In this document: positions 10,174-20,165 of the stretch, in pieces
Numbering within the stretch: the stretch's first letter is position 1
How the letters are laid out: the number at the start of each line of letters is the position of its first letter
From: a bacterium
GTDB taxonomy: Bacteria; SAR324; NAC60-12
Assembly: GCA_965209155.1 (NCBI GenBank)
Contig: OZ242383.1
Location: forward strand, 3,072,001 to 3,136,000
Direction of reading: 5' to 3'
Length of the DNA stretch: 64,000 nt
Program-made: the position numbers and the translations under genes
Notes under the pieces: model-generated
What the model was told of the DNA's origin: nothing
What the model saw: the letters and a program-made list of their open reading frames with translations, nothing else
Databases searched by the model: none

Positions 10174-10932
10174 ATGAAAAACAACAGAGCAGGTATCAAG
10201 CAACTGAAAACGATGATCGAAGAAAGTCGACGGTCGGTAGTATTCACGGGTGCGGGGATCAGTACTGAGTCCGGCATACCCGACTTTCGCAGTCCCGGTG
10301 GAGTCTGGGACAAATACCAGCCGATTTATTTTCAGGATTTTCTCAACTCCGAAGAGATGAGACGAGAATCATGGAGGCGGAAATTCGCCACGGATCAACT
10401 CATCAGGCAGGCGGATCCCAACCTGGGACATATTGCGGTTGCCAGGTTGGTCAAGCGGGAAAAAGTGAGTTGCGTGATTACGCAAAATGTGGACGGACTG
10501 CATCAAAAGGCGGGGGTCCCCGAGCATCGAGTCATCGAACTACACGGCAACAGCACTTACGCATCCTGCCTCGATTGCGGCAAACGATATGAATTGGCGG
10601 AAATTCGTAAAATCTTTGAGGACGGGGAAAGATTGCCGATTTGTGATCGTTGTCAGGGTATCGTGAAAACGGCCACCATTTCTTTTGGGCAACCTATGCC
10701 AATCACGCAAATGGAAGTGGCGGAAACCGAGACAATGGCCTGCGACTTATTTGTGGCCATAGGATCATCCCTGGTGGTATACCCGGCCGCTGGTTTCCCG
10801 GAAATGGCGGTGCGCAACCGGGCTCGTCTGATCATCATCAACCGGGACCGCACCAACCTGGATGAACTGGCGGACCTGATTCTGCATGCCGAGATCGGTC
10901 CCACTTTATCGGAAGCGGTGGGATTGGATTGA
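10174..10932 (+). CDS. cobB: Sir2-family NAD-dependent protein deacylase
   Basis: FTGAGISTESGIPDFR, TQNVDGLH, ELHG, CxxC...CxxC, GSSLVVYPAA. ATG 10174 preferred over the TTG at 10126. Confidence 0.85.
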   Translation: MKNNRAGIKQLKTMIEESRRSVVFTGAGISTESGIPDFRSPGGVWDKYQPIYFQDFLNSEEMRRESWRRKFATDQLIRQADPNLGHIAVARLVKREKVSCVITQNVDGLHQKAGVPEHRVIELHGNSTYASCLDCGKRYELAEIRKIFEDGERLPICDRCQGIVKTATISFGQPMPITQMEVAETETMACDLFVAIGSSLVVYPAAGFPEMAVRNRARLIIINRDRTNLDELADLILHAEIGPTLSEAVGLD

Positions 10933-11714
10933 GTTCCTTAACTTACGTGCGCGTGCACGTGGACGAAAAAACAGAAAAGGCCAGGTTAAACAATTCCATG
11001 GAATCCGTTTTTCAACAACTGGCTGCCGCGGACATCCAGGTGCTTTTTTTGCTGGATCAACGATATTTGAATCCACTCATTGCAACGCAGCAAGCGAAGC
11101 TCCGGGATGCAGGCCTCCTCGAGGATGCCGGCAACCGGGTGGTATTGGAAAAATTGAATCAGGCCATGCTTGATCTTCCTCCTGCCACATACTTTCCGAC
11201 CCCGATCGCACGGGAAATGAAAGAGGGAACTCCCTTTTCTTTGACCCTGGCTGAAAAATACTCCTATGGCTATATTCAAGTCGATATCGAGCAAAATTGG
11301 TCGATGCAGGGAATTCGGCTTGACCAACGGCTGAAAAAATTCTTACAATCCCACCTGGCCTATGAAGAGGAACTGCGGCGTTATTTTGTCGAGTACCAGG
11401 TCGAAAAGCGAATGGACAAATGCTATTTGGACTGTGAAATCACTCCGATGCTGGCCAGGCAAATCGAAATCCAGGAAAGCGATCCATTGCTCGCATTGTT
11501 GAACAACGGAAAGCACGATTACCTGGATCCCCGGTCGTTTTCTATGGATGCGCAGGAAAACCTCTATTGTCGGAGTTCCTGCCATGGAGAAGTGCTTTTA
11601 GCGGACTATCCGCGGTATCGTATTCTCAAACACGTCACGGAAGATGGCAACTATTTACACTTGAATCATTCAGTATTTCCACTCTCATTTCGTAGTTCCG
11701 TCGAAGATGGTTGA
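10929..11714 (+). CDS. Hypothetical protein
   Basis: Long ORF overlapping both neighbours in an operon; no motif recognised; start uncertain. Confidence 0.65.
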   Translation: MSSLTYVRVHVDEKTEKARLNNSMESVFQQLAAADIQVLFLLDQRYLNPLIATQQAKLRDAGLLEDAGNRVVLEKLNQAMLDLPPATYFPTPIAREMKEGTPFSLTLAEKYSYGYIQVDIEQNWSMQGIRLDQRLKKFLQSHLAYEEELRRYFVEYQVEKRMDKCYLDCEITPMLARQIEIQESDPLLALLNNGKHDYLDPRSFSMDAQENLYCRSSCHGEVLLADYPRYRILKHVTEDGNYLHLNHSVFPLSFRSSVEDG

Positions 11715-12489
11715 AATTTGGCGTTTTATTGAAAGCCACCGGCAATCCGGAAGCTTCAACATGGCGGCAGATCAAGTCTTGTTCAGTCAGTTAAAATTGG
11801 GAGATACCCCGACTCTGCGTCTCTATACCTGGGACCGGCCGACACTCTCTATTGGGAAAAATCAACGAATCGATGGAATCAACACCAATTGGTGCCGGGA
11901 AAACGAGTTGGTGATCGTGCGTCGCGCAACCGGAGGGCAAGCGGTCCTGCACGGCAATGACATTACCTATGCGCTGGTTGGCGATGTACGGAATCCTCGC
12001 TTTTCAGGGGGAATCTTTTCTGTCTATCAAACCATTTCACAAGTTTTTCTTTTATTTTTCGAAAAATTGGGGCTTTCTCCGCAACTGCAAGCTCAGACCC
12101 AACGAGAACGAAGGGCAAGGGCCTCTCATGTTTGTTTTACCATGCCTTCCGCTTATGAGATTTTGATCAAAGGACGTAAAATCATTGGCAGCGCCCAACG
12201 CCGTAGTCCCAAAGCTTTCCTGCAGCATGGTACGATTCCCCTGACTGACCAGGTGCCATTGCTCATAAAAATTTTTAAACAGATGCCTGAGTCTTATCTT
12301 CGCGGCAAAGTCTCGGCGTTGCAGACCCTGGGGGTCTTCAACCAGTTTACGCAGGATGAAATTCACCGGATTCTGGTTGACTCTTTCCAAGATGTATTTC
12401 ATATTGAATTGCGGAAACAGGATTGGTCCCTGGCTGAAATGGCCGCAATCAGAGAAAAAGAAGCCAGTTTTCCTGCGCTTCGACTTTGA
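11707..12489 (+). CDS. Lipoate-protein ligase A / octanoyltransferase LipM family
   Basis: NMAAD, LRLYTW, VRRATGGQAVLH, KIIGSAQ, LQHG. Confidence 0.9.
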   Translation: MVEIWRFIESHRQSGSFNMAADQVLFSQLKLGDTPTLRLYTWDRPTLSIGKNQRIDGINTNWCRENELVIVRRATGGQAVLHGNDITYALVGDVRNPRFSGGIFSVYQTISQVFLLFFEKLGLSPQLQAQTQRERRARASHVCFTMPSAYEILIKGRKIIGSAQRRSPKAFLQHGTIPLTDQVPLLIKIFKQMPESYLRGKVSALQTLGVFNQFTQDEIHRILVDSFQDVFHIELRKQDWSLAEMAAIREKEASFPALRL

Positions 12490-12639
12490 TGGATGTTTGA
12501 CCTCCTTCGCAGTCCGGATTGAATTCCTTTACCCGCCTCGAGTTCCTGCGAGAAGGGGTTGCAGGAAGCAGAAGTTTGTCTTGGTATATTCTCTGCAGGG
12601 CGATACAGGTACGACGAACCCAGTTGATCAGGAGCCTCC

Positions 12640-13701
12640 ATGCTATTCATAGCTGAAATAAGCAAGAATTATTCACTTACGTGGAAACACTTATTACGAA
12701 ACATTCTTACAGCAACGTTTGTTTTCATTGCCTGGACGGTAGTCACCGGGACCGTTTGGGCGGGTTGCGGGTTTGTCACGGTAGCGAAACTGAACTGGCA
12801 ATCTGCGGACTTGATCACGCATATTGACAAGATCATTCTGGAAGAGGGTTTTGGCTGTACCGTGCACCTGGTGTCCGGTGATAACGTGTCGACCTTCAAC
12901 TCGATGAACGAAAACGCTCAACCGGATCTTGCCGGTGAGCTTTGGTCCAATGACATCGGCTTGTTGGTCCGGGCCCGGGAGGAAGGCCGTCTGCACATTA
13001 TCAATCCTGGTCCGATTGCCGGTCGTGATGAAGGTTGGTGGGTGCCACCACATACGGTGGAAAAACACCCCGAGTTGAAGACCGTGCTGGATATTCTGGA
13101 ACATCCCGAATTATTTCCACATGCGGATGATCCTTCGAAAGGGGCGTTCATTGGCTGCCCTGCATTCTGGATTTGCCATTTGATCAATACCAATCTATTT
13201 CGTGCTTTCCGTATGGAAGAAAAAGGCTGGATAATGGTTGATCCGGGTTCCGGAGCGGGTCTGAACGAATCCATGAACGCGGCCATCGAAAGTGGCGAGA
13301 ACTGGTTCGGTTATTACTGGTCTCCAACCGCAATGGTGGGCAAGTACAACATGGTTAAGATCCCTTTCGGCGTACCCTTCGCCGGTGACGAAAACTGGGA
13401 AGATTGCATTGTCAAACCCGAGCAGGAATGCGCTGATCCGCAACCTTCCTCCTGGGGCCAACCCAAAGTGCATACCATTATCACTGATCGGTTGAAAAAG
13501 GAAGAGGCCATGGTTGTCGACTATCTCGAGCGTCGCGTGTTCCCCGCCACCGTTTTGAACGATTTGCTGGCAACTATGCAAGAGAGCCGGGTCGACGTGT
13601 CGGAGGCGGCTATGCAATTTCTACAAAAGTACGAAGCAATATGGACTGAATGGCTTCCTCCAGACGTTGCCGTTGAGGTGAAAAAATTGACGCATCACTG
13701 A
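12640..13701 (+). CDS. Glycine betaine/proline-type ABC substrate-binding protein (orphan)
   Basis: Signal peptide, NWQSA, GCPAFWIC, FGYYWSPT; no permease adjacent. Start uncertain. Confidence 0.8.
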   Translation: MLFIAEISKNYSLTWKHLLRNILTATFVFIAWTVVTGTVWAGCGFVTVAKLNWQSADLITHIDKIILEEGFGCTVHLVSGDNVSTFNSMNENAQPDLAGELWSNDIGLLVRAREEGRLHIINPGPIAGRDEGWWVPPHTVEKHPELKTVLDILEHPELFPHADDPSKGAFIGCPAFWICHLINTNLFRAFRMEEKGWIMVDPGSGAGLNESMNAAIESGENWFGYYWSPTAMVGKYNMVKIPFGVPFAGDENWEDCIVKPEQECADPQPSSWGQPKVHTIITDRLKKEEAMVVDYLERRVFPATVLNDLLATMQESRVDVSEAAMQFLQKYEAIWTEWLPPDVAVEVKKLTHH

Positions 13702-13847
13702 GTGGAGTATCGTTATTTTCCAGCTTCCATATCGCTTCAGATGGACTGGCAATAAAACGCCGGCACCACTGATGTGGGAGCACTTGCCACCGTAAATACC
13801 GGGTATGGAACCGCCACCGAAATCATTTTTCCCTTCTACTTCCGGAT

Positions 13848-16196
13848 CTACCGGTCCTTGGATATCAGTTTTTTGAGTTCGATCTGGTCCGGATTCAACA
13901 GTTCTTTTACCTGGTTCGTATTAACCCCGGCGACAATAATATCACCAATTTCAGTGTTGACCTGATCATAGATTCCTAACTTTTTCATACCTTCGGCCTG
14001 CTTCAGGTTATCGTCGGTAGGGCTGACATAATGAACTGAAAGACTCTTATAGCGATGAATCAAAAACAAATGAATCAGAGTCATCAGTCGCTTCTGACGG
14101 AAACTCTGATTAAAGGTGTTCTGATCTCGAATGGTGAGAATATTTCGATCTCTTCGATCCTGGATCGTTGCAAATATTACGTTGGCCATCTTCGCCTTGG
14201 AATGATCCAATACATTCAATTCCAAGAGATCCAATCCGGCAGTATGGGGACGTAATTCAACGTGCAGAGGCGTTCCGTTCTTATTCTGTTCGCTCCAAAA
14301 TTCGAACCATTGTTCGAGTAGCTTGGGGGGTATCTCGATTTGTACCAAATGCTGAAACTGGGTCGATCCTTTACCCATCGCCTTTGTCGTCGCAGTTCTT
14401 CCGGTGGATGCCATCAAAGCGCCGTCAACACGTGGACCACCCACGTAGGTTTGAGGTGTTCTATAGGGAGAATCGACAAGCCTCAACTTTCGTTGCAAAC
14501 GGGCCAAGGCAAGCATCCCATCCTCTCGTAACGCAGTTGCGAATTCCTCTGACGCCAAACCATCTATTTGATGACCACCATAGGTTATAAAATTAAATAC
14601 GAAGCCGAGTTTACCCAACTCAGTCGGGAAATTGCGCATTTCATGATCACTCATTCCCGTCGTATCCCAATTGAAAGAAGGGGATAAATTGTAGGCTAGC
14701 ATCTGCTCGGGGTATTTTGAATGGATCGCCTGCGCGAATTTTTTTGCATCGTCTAAATTTGCCGTATTGGTCTCCATCCAAATAATATCCGCAAAGGGAG
14801 CCGCAGCAAGTGACTTTGCGATGGCATAATCGAATCCTCCTCGTATCTGGTAGAATCCTTCAGGAGTTCTCGATAATTCACAATCCCAGATTATATTAAT
14901 TCCCATCGACCGAGCTTTAACTCGCGCTTCACGAAACGAGACTTTATTGGCATAATCACGCCACTCTTCCACGGTCATCTCAAACTGAAAACCCTCATCA
15001 ATCTGGAATTCCATGACGTCCACGACGGCTTCTCCATAGGTCTTCAGACCCGCTTCCATCTCCCAGGTATCTAAAAACTGGGTCATTGCTTTATCCAAAG
15101 ACGCTTCAACATCTACCGCTTTACCCGATTGGAACGTTTCTATGTATTCATCGATAGATTTTAAAACACCAACTTGTTTGAGCCACTCGAATGCTTCCTC
15201 GTATGCGGCATCGGAAATGTTGTATAGCAAGTGCCCGTTCACTTCTCCAACTCCCCGATCGTTAAACCTTTTCAATACTGCCAGAAAAGAAACTTTATAG
15301 GTTGGGATATCAATCTTCGTAGCCCCAAGAATGAATGGCTGGTCGCGCTCATCTCCTCGTCCATCGAGAAACGTGGCCGCCTCGGCATCGGTGCGGGCGA
15401 CGATAATTCCGGGGACCTTCATTGTATCAAGTTGAAATCGAGCCGCGTTCAATCGAATGTTTTGTTCATTCTGGGGGACCAACACCTTTCCCGCCTGGTG
15501 TCCACATTTCTTGACACCCGGCTTTTGGTCTTCGATGTGGTAGCCCGGGACCCCCACTTCAACAAAGCGCCTGATGAGATTTCTGACATGAGCCTCCCCC
15601 CCATGACCGGTATCCGCATCAGCAATAATATTAGGCTGGTAATCAATTCGTGACGTGGCCATGCGCTCCTTGTCCGACATTTTAGATCGCGCATATTTTT
15701 GGTTGTTATCAGCGGTCAGTAATGCACGTACGATTGTGGCCGCTTCATCCGGTACCTGACTCAGGGGATAGCTCGCTAAATCCGGCCCTGGATCTTCAAC
15801 AATGGATCCCTTCGCGGACGTCGCCCATCCTCCTAAATAGATCCCCTCAATTCCCATCCGCTTCATCGTCACTGCCTGGCCTGGCGAATACGGACCAAAG
15901 GTCGTGATTGATTTTCCATTCGAAAATAGTTCCCTCAGTCGATTGTAAAATCTCTCGGCTGCAATCTTTGCAACGGTGTAGTCTTTTTGAATCGATCCGC
16001 GTTGTTCCACAACCTGCCGGGGGGAGTAGAGGCGCGTAATGGCCTTAAAACGGGGACTTGAAAACCATTCCTTCGTCTCCTTGACTTCTTTTTCCATTAA
16101 TTTCGTTTCAATTTCCGCAGCGTCTGCAGTCCAAGCCTCAGAGACAAAATCCCCATTCTCCGTGATTCGGGTTCCATCTTGCTTAAACGCTTCCAT
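13848..16196 (-). CDS. aceA: Isocitrate lyase, long (ICL2-type) form
   Basis: [43 protein letters not shown]; 782 aa with a central insertion and C-terminal extension. Confidence 0.92.
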   Translation of the reverse strand: MEAFKQDGTRITENGDFVSEAWTADAAEIETKLMEKEVKETKEWFSSPRFKAITRLYSPRQVVEQRGSIQKDYTVAKIAAERFYNRLRELFSNGKSITTFGPYSPGQAVTMKRMGIEGIYLGGWATSAKGSIVEDPGPDLASYPLSQVPDEAATIVRALLTADNNQKYARSKMSDKERMATSRIDYQPNIIADADTGHGGEAHVRNLIRRFVEVGVPGYHIEDQKPGVKKCGHQAGKVLVPQNEQNIRLNAARFQLDTMKVPGIIVARTDAEAATFLDGRGDERDQPFILGATKIDIPTYKVSFLAVLKRFNDRGVGEVNGHLLYNISDAAYEEAFEWLKQVGVLKSIDEYIETFQSGKAVDVEASLDKAMTQFLDTWEMEAGLKTYGEAVVDVMEFQIDEGFQFEMTVEEWRDYANKVSFREARVKARSMGINIIWDCELSRTPEGFYQIRGGFDYAIAKSLAAAPFADIIWMETNTANLDDAKKFAQAIHSKYPEQMLAYNLSPSFNWDTTGMSDHEMRNFPTELGKLGFVFNFITYGGHQIDGLASEEFATALREDGMLALARLQRKLRLVDSPYRTPQTYVGGPRVDGALMASTGRTATTKAMGKGSTQFQHLVQIEIPPKLLEQWFEFWSEQNKNGTPLHVELRPHTAGLDLLELNVLDHSKAKMANVIFATIQDRRDRNILTIRDQNTFNQSFRQKRLMTLIHLFLIHRYKSLSVHYVSPTDDNLKQAEGMKKLGIYDQVNTEIGDIIVAGVNTNQVKELLNPDQIELKKLISKDR

Positions 16197-16495
16197 GTAT
16201 TTCTTAATCCTTTCTTCAGCGGTTGTTAATTCTTGATGACTTCACTCATTCTACAATATTTTCACTTTATTTAAAGGAGATTTTTGTATCAAAGCGAATT
16301 AAGTGAGATTGATAGGGGCTAAGAGCACCCTTTTTTTTCTAAAAAATGCTAGACCTACCTGAGATAAAAAGGTATCGTTCATCATGGATTCTCGTGAAAA
16401 ATACTGCCTCAAAGTATCCTTTCACAAAGAGTCATAAGGCTGCGGTACTCAACCGGGGATGTTTCGAGACGGCCTAAACCAATATCAAACTCACT

Positions 16496-17383
16496 ATGCG
16501 AATATTGATTGCGGATGACAATGTTGAAATTCTTGATCAACTGAGAGATTTTCTTGAAACTCAGGGACACTGCGTCATCGAAGCGCAAGATGGTAGTCAT
16601 GCGCTTGAACTATTCCGGCAGAAAGGTGTGGATGCCGTTTTCAGCGCATTGACTATGCCCAAAATGGGAGGTATGGAACTCTTGAAAGAACTGAAAGCGA
16701 TACGTACCAAACTCCCTTTTGTACTCATCTCACGACATGAGGATGCGCAAAATATTCTGACCGCTTTGCAATTGGGTGCTTGCGATTTTCTTATCAAACC
16801 GCTCACCGTCGCCAATCTTCATCGAACTCATCACCAAATCAACGCTTTGTATGGGGACTATCAATTCAATAGTTATTGCCTCAAGCATTCCATCTCGGAA
16901 TCTCACAGTTTGGAATTGGGAAATGATTTCGAACACATCAATCAAATTGTCGCTTTCATTACGCGCAATGTGCCCTCCTATGGAATTCTGGATAAAGATG
17001 ACTTGTTCTCTTTGGAGATAGTGCTGGCAGAAACTTTGGAAAACGCCATTTTTCATGGTAATCTGGAAATTCCTTCCGAATTGAAAAATGCAGGTCATTC
17101 CCTATTCCAGGAGGAAGGAGCACGACGCAGGCAGTTCAAGCCTTATCAAGAAAGAAAAGTTTATCTTTCTTACGAAATCACGCAAAATTCAATAAAATAC
17201 GTGGTCCGTGATGAAGGGAAGGGTTTTGAGCACGAAAAGATTTTAGATCCCAGGGATCCGGATAATCTATTCAAGATTAATGGTCGTGGAATGTTACTGA
17301 CTATGAATTTTATGGATGAAGTCTTTTGGAATGAACGGGGAAACGAAATAACCATGATTCGCTATCGCAAACGAAATCAATGA
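16496..17383 (+). CDS. Response regulator fused to an anti-sigma-factor-type HATPase_c domain
   Basis: ILIADD receiver; ETLENAIFHGN, VRDEGKGF and GRG boxes. The usual phosphoacceptor Asp position reads VFSALTMP. Confidence 0.8.
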   Translation: MRILIADDNVEILDQLRDFLETQGHCVIEAQDGSHALELFRQKGVDAVFSALTMPKMGGMELLKELKAIRTKLPFVLISRHEDAQNILTALQLGACDFLIKPLTVANLHRTHHQINALYGDYQFNSYCLKHSISESHSLELGNDFEHINQIVAFITRNVPSYGILDKDDLFSLEIVLAETLENAIFHGNLEIPSELKNAGHSLFQEEGARRRQFKPYQERKVYLSYEITQNSIKYVVRDEGKGFEHEKILDPRDPDNLFKINGRGMLLTMNFMDEVFWNERGNEITMIRYRKRNQ

Positions 17384-17387
17384 GACC

Positions 17388-18140
17388 ATGCAACCATCAA
17401 GATTTATTTTTCTGCTTGCTCCATCGATAATTATCCTGGGCACCTTGCTCCAGGGTTGCAGCCCTCCCGTCGAAATTGAAGTGACGACAGTCGAACTGTA
17501 TCATCGAGCATTGATGGCTTATGAAGATAACTCTCTCAATGAGGCGCAAACTGATTTCGAGAAAGTCATTGAGCAAAATCCGGGAACTCGTCTGGCAACG
17601 CTTTCCTATTTAAAATTGGGTGATTTGCATTTCAACATCTCCGAATGGGATGAAGCCGAAATCAATTATCGTAGTTTTCTCAATCAAAGTCCAAATAGCC
17701 ACCTGACTCCCTATGTCTTGAGCCAGTTGATTTCTCTCAATTACCAAAGAAATTTGCAGGGACTTATCTTTGAAAGTCGTGAATCCGATCGAAATATGGA
17801 ACCCAATCGAAAAATTATCCAGGAATATCAGCGTTTTTTCTTTTTATATCCCCAAAATGCCTATCTCTCCGATGTAAGAACATTCCTGTCCCGAGCCAAG
17901 AATGACCTTGCTGACCATGAATTTATGGTTGGTAATTTTTATTTTGGACAAAAAGCCTTTCAGTCCGCAATTTTAAGGTATTTGCACCTCTTAAAAAATT
18001 ATCCTGAATACCCACGAACTAAAGAAGTCGGACTGCGACTGATCGAAGCCTATGAAGCCAACCAACAACCCGATCTTGCCGATGAAATGCGCAAAGCAAT
18101 GGAAGCGCATTTTGCTTCGGAAAGTAATGAAAGAATGTAA
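17388..18140 (+). CDS. bamD: Outer-membrane assembly lipoprotein BamD
   Basis: Lipobox LQGC, TPR repeats, LADHEFMVGNFY, AILRY...YP. Confidence 0.8.
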   Translation: MQPSRFIFLLAPSIIILGTLLQGCSPPVEIEVTTVELYHRALMAYEDNSLNEAQTDFEKVIEQNPGTRLATLSYLKLGDLHFNISEWDEAEINYRSFLNQSPNSHLTPYVLSQLISLNYQRNLQGLIFESRESDRNMEPNRKIIQEYQRFFFLYPQNAYLSDVRTFLSRAKNDLADHEFMVGNFYFGQKAFQSAILRYLHLLKNYPEYPRTKEVGLRLIEAYEANQQPDLADEMRKAMEAHFASESNERM

Positions 18141-18857
18141 ATGTCCACTTCGATTGAAGATTTAGTTGCACTCAGTCAAACCGATCAGCAACTGTTGATT
18201 TCTCAACGTAGTTTAGAAAAATTAAAACAAAAGATCATGGTAGCGCGTGAACCTTTGAATCAATACGAAACTAAGATTCAAGAAATTAAGGAACAACAGG
18301 AATCTAACATTCTTGTCTATCGAGAAGCGCAAAAAAAATTTGGAGAAGAAGATTTATTTATCAGCAAAGTAGAGTCTCTGATTCCCTTGATCAGAACGCC
18401 AAAAGAATTCAATGCCCGTAAAAAAGAATTAGAAGAAGCACGGAAAAGGCGTGGAAGCGCAGAAAATGAATTGCTGGAAAGTGAAATCAAAAAAGAAGAA
18501 TTCCAAAAAGAGATGAACCGGCTTCAAGAAGATTGGAGTCAAGCAAAAGACGCATTTGAGAAAGATATTACCGATTTAGTTTTACAAAAGAGTTCCACAA
18601 TGGAAAAGCTGAATAGATTGAAAAAGTGTCAAGTCGATTTGAAAGCAAAGCTTGATGCATCATTGAGTCGGCAGTATCAAAACTCCCGCCAACGAGGAAT
18701 TTTTCCTGCCATTTGTCCGGTGGTAAACAAGGCATGCAGTGGATGTAACTCGGTTTTGCCTCCTCAGATGTTCAATGAAATGATTGCCAACTCAGACAAA
18801 CATCGCAATTGTCCTTTCTGCTACCGCATTATTTTCTATCTGGCCGACCCCCGGTAA
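18141..18857 (+). CDS. Coiled-coil protein with C-terminal C4 zinc ribbon (DUF164-like)
   Basis: Long coiled coil, then CSGC...CPFCYRI. Confidence 0.8.
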   Translation: MSTSIEDLVALSQTDQQLLISQRSLEKLKQKIMVAREPLNQYETKIQEIKEQQESNILVYREAQKKFGEEDLFISKVESLIPLIRTPKEFNARKKELEEARKRRGSAENELLESEIKKEEFQKEMNRLQEDWSQAKDAFEKDITDLVLQKSSTMEKLNRLKKCQVDLKAKLDASLSRQYQNSRQRGIFPAICPVVNKACSGCNSVLPPQMFNEMIANSDKHRNCPFCYRIIFYLADPR

Positions 18858-18980
18858 CGTATTCGCAGGAGTTCTGACTAAAAATACGCAATTTACGCTT
18901 CCTGTGATTCAAATCCTGGTCGTGTTTGCAAATTTGATATAGATTGATGAAAATAAATTAAGATTTTCTCAATTCGTTCC

Positions 18981-20111
18981 ATGTTTCCTCCCTTCCGTTT
19001 TCTCGTCTTCAAAGAAAAATATTTCCCGTTCAACAGACCAGTCATTCCTGTGATCTTCTGCTTAGGAATCTTTCTCTCAGGATGTGGAGAAATTCAGTAT
19101 TATCTACAAGCCATCAATGGACACCTGGATATTTTAAACCAAAAAAAAGACCTGCAGCAATTGCTCCAAGATCCTCAAACTCCTCCCCAATTGGCAAGCA
19201 AGTTGAAATTGATCCAAGACGTCCGTCAATTTGCAAAAGAAAAAATGCAACTGCCTCATACGCACGGCTATACTGCCTATTCAGATATCGAGAAACCCTT
19301 TGTCAGCACCGTGGTGACGGCTGCTCACGCTTTGAAGCTGGAACCATACCAATGGTGTTTTTTATTCATAGGGTGTGTGGAATACAGAGGATATTTTGAT
19401 CCTGCTCAGGCACGTACTTACGCGGATAAATTGGTAAAAGGAGGTTGGGATGTGGCTTTGAAAAATGTTCGTGCCTATTCTACGTTAAAATGGTTAAACA
19501 ATAGTTTTATTCCCGATTATTTCAAAGATCCGATTCTGAATACGTTTATTGATCGTTCGAATATGGTCATTATTGGCACTTTGCTTCATGAAATGGCCCA
19601 TCAAGTGATTTTTATTGCAGGAGACACTTCCTTCAATGAATCTTTTGCAGTTTTTGTGGAACAGGAAGGGTTGAAGCAATACCTGCAATCTCGTATTGAA
19701 GAGGATTCTCAGACTTACCTGTATTACTTGCGGAGTAAAGAAGACAAAAGCCGATTTTTGCAAATCGTCCAGACTTTTTATGATAAATTTGAGGAACTTT
19801 ATCGCTCACCTCTGACAGATAAGGAAAAATTGGCTCAAAAAAAGCAACTTTTTCAGGAAATGCAGAAGACGTATCGCCAAAATGCGCATGAATTTAAAGT
19901 GTTGAATTACGACCGTTGGTTTGAACAATCCTTAAACAATGCGCATTTGTTGGGAATCAAGCGATATCAAAATTATACAGCTTCCTTCCAACACATTTTT
20001 AAGGAACAGGATCAGAATTGGCCGGCATTTTTTGCAACGATTGAAGAACTTGCTGCGCTTCCCAAAGAAAAACGTGATGCCTACTTAGAGTCGCGGCGTT
20101 CCCACCTCTGA
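18981..20111 (+). CDS. Putative zinc aminopeptidase lipoprotein
   Basis: LSGC lipobox, WCFLFIGCVEYRGYF, AYSTL, HEMAHQ...FNESFA. Confidence 0.85.
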   Translation: MFPPFRFLVFKEKYFPFNRPVIPVIFCLGIFLSGCGEIQYYLQAINGHLDILNQKKDLQQLLQDPQTPPQLASKLKLIQDVRQFAKEKMQLPHTHGYTAYSDIEKPFVSTVVTAAHALKLEPYQWCFLFIGCVEYRGYFDPAQARTYADKLVKGGWDVALKNVRAYSTLKWLNNSFIPDYFKDPILNTFIDRSNMVIIGTLLHEMAHQVIFIAGDTSFNESFAVFVEQEGLKQYLQSRIEEDSQTYLYYLRSKEDKSRFLQIVQTFYDKFEELYRSPLTDKEKLAQKKQLFQEMQKTYRQNAHEFKVLNYDRWFEQSLNNAHLLGIKRYQNYTASFQHIFKEQDQNWPAFFATIEELAALPKEKRDAYLESRRSHL

Positions 20112-20165
20112 GACGTTTTCAGGAATACTATTGGTTTTTGAACGGGAGTGATTGAATCGAAAGTT

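Noticed and set aside
10174..10932. Defence-type Sir2 NADase (Thoeris/DSR)
   Set aside because: Short zinc-binding CobB-type deacylase in a housekeeping operon.
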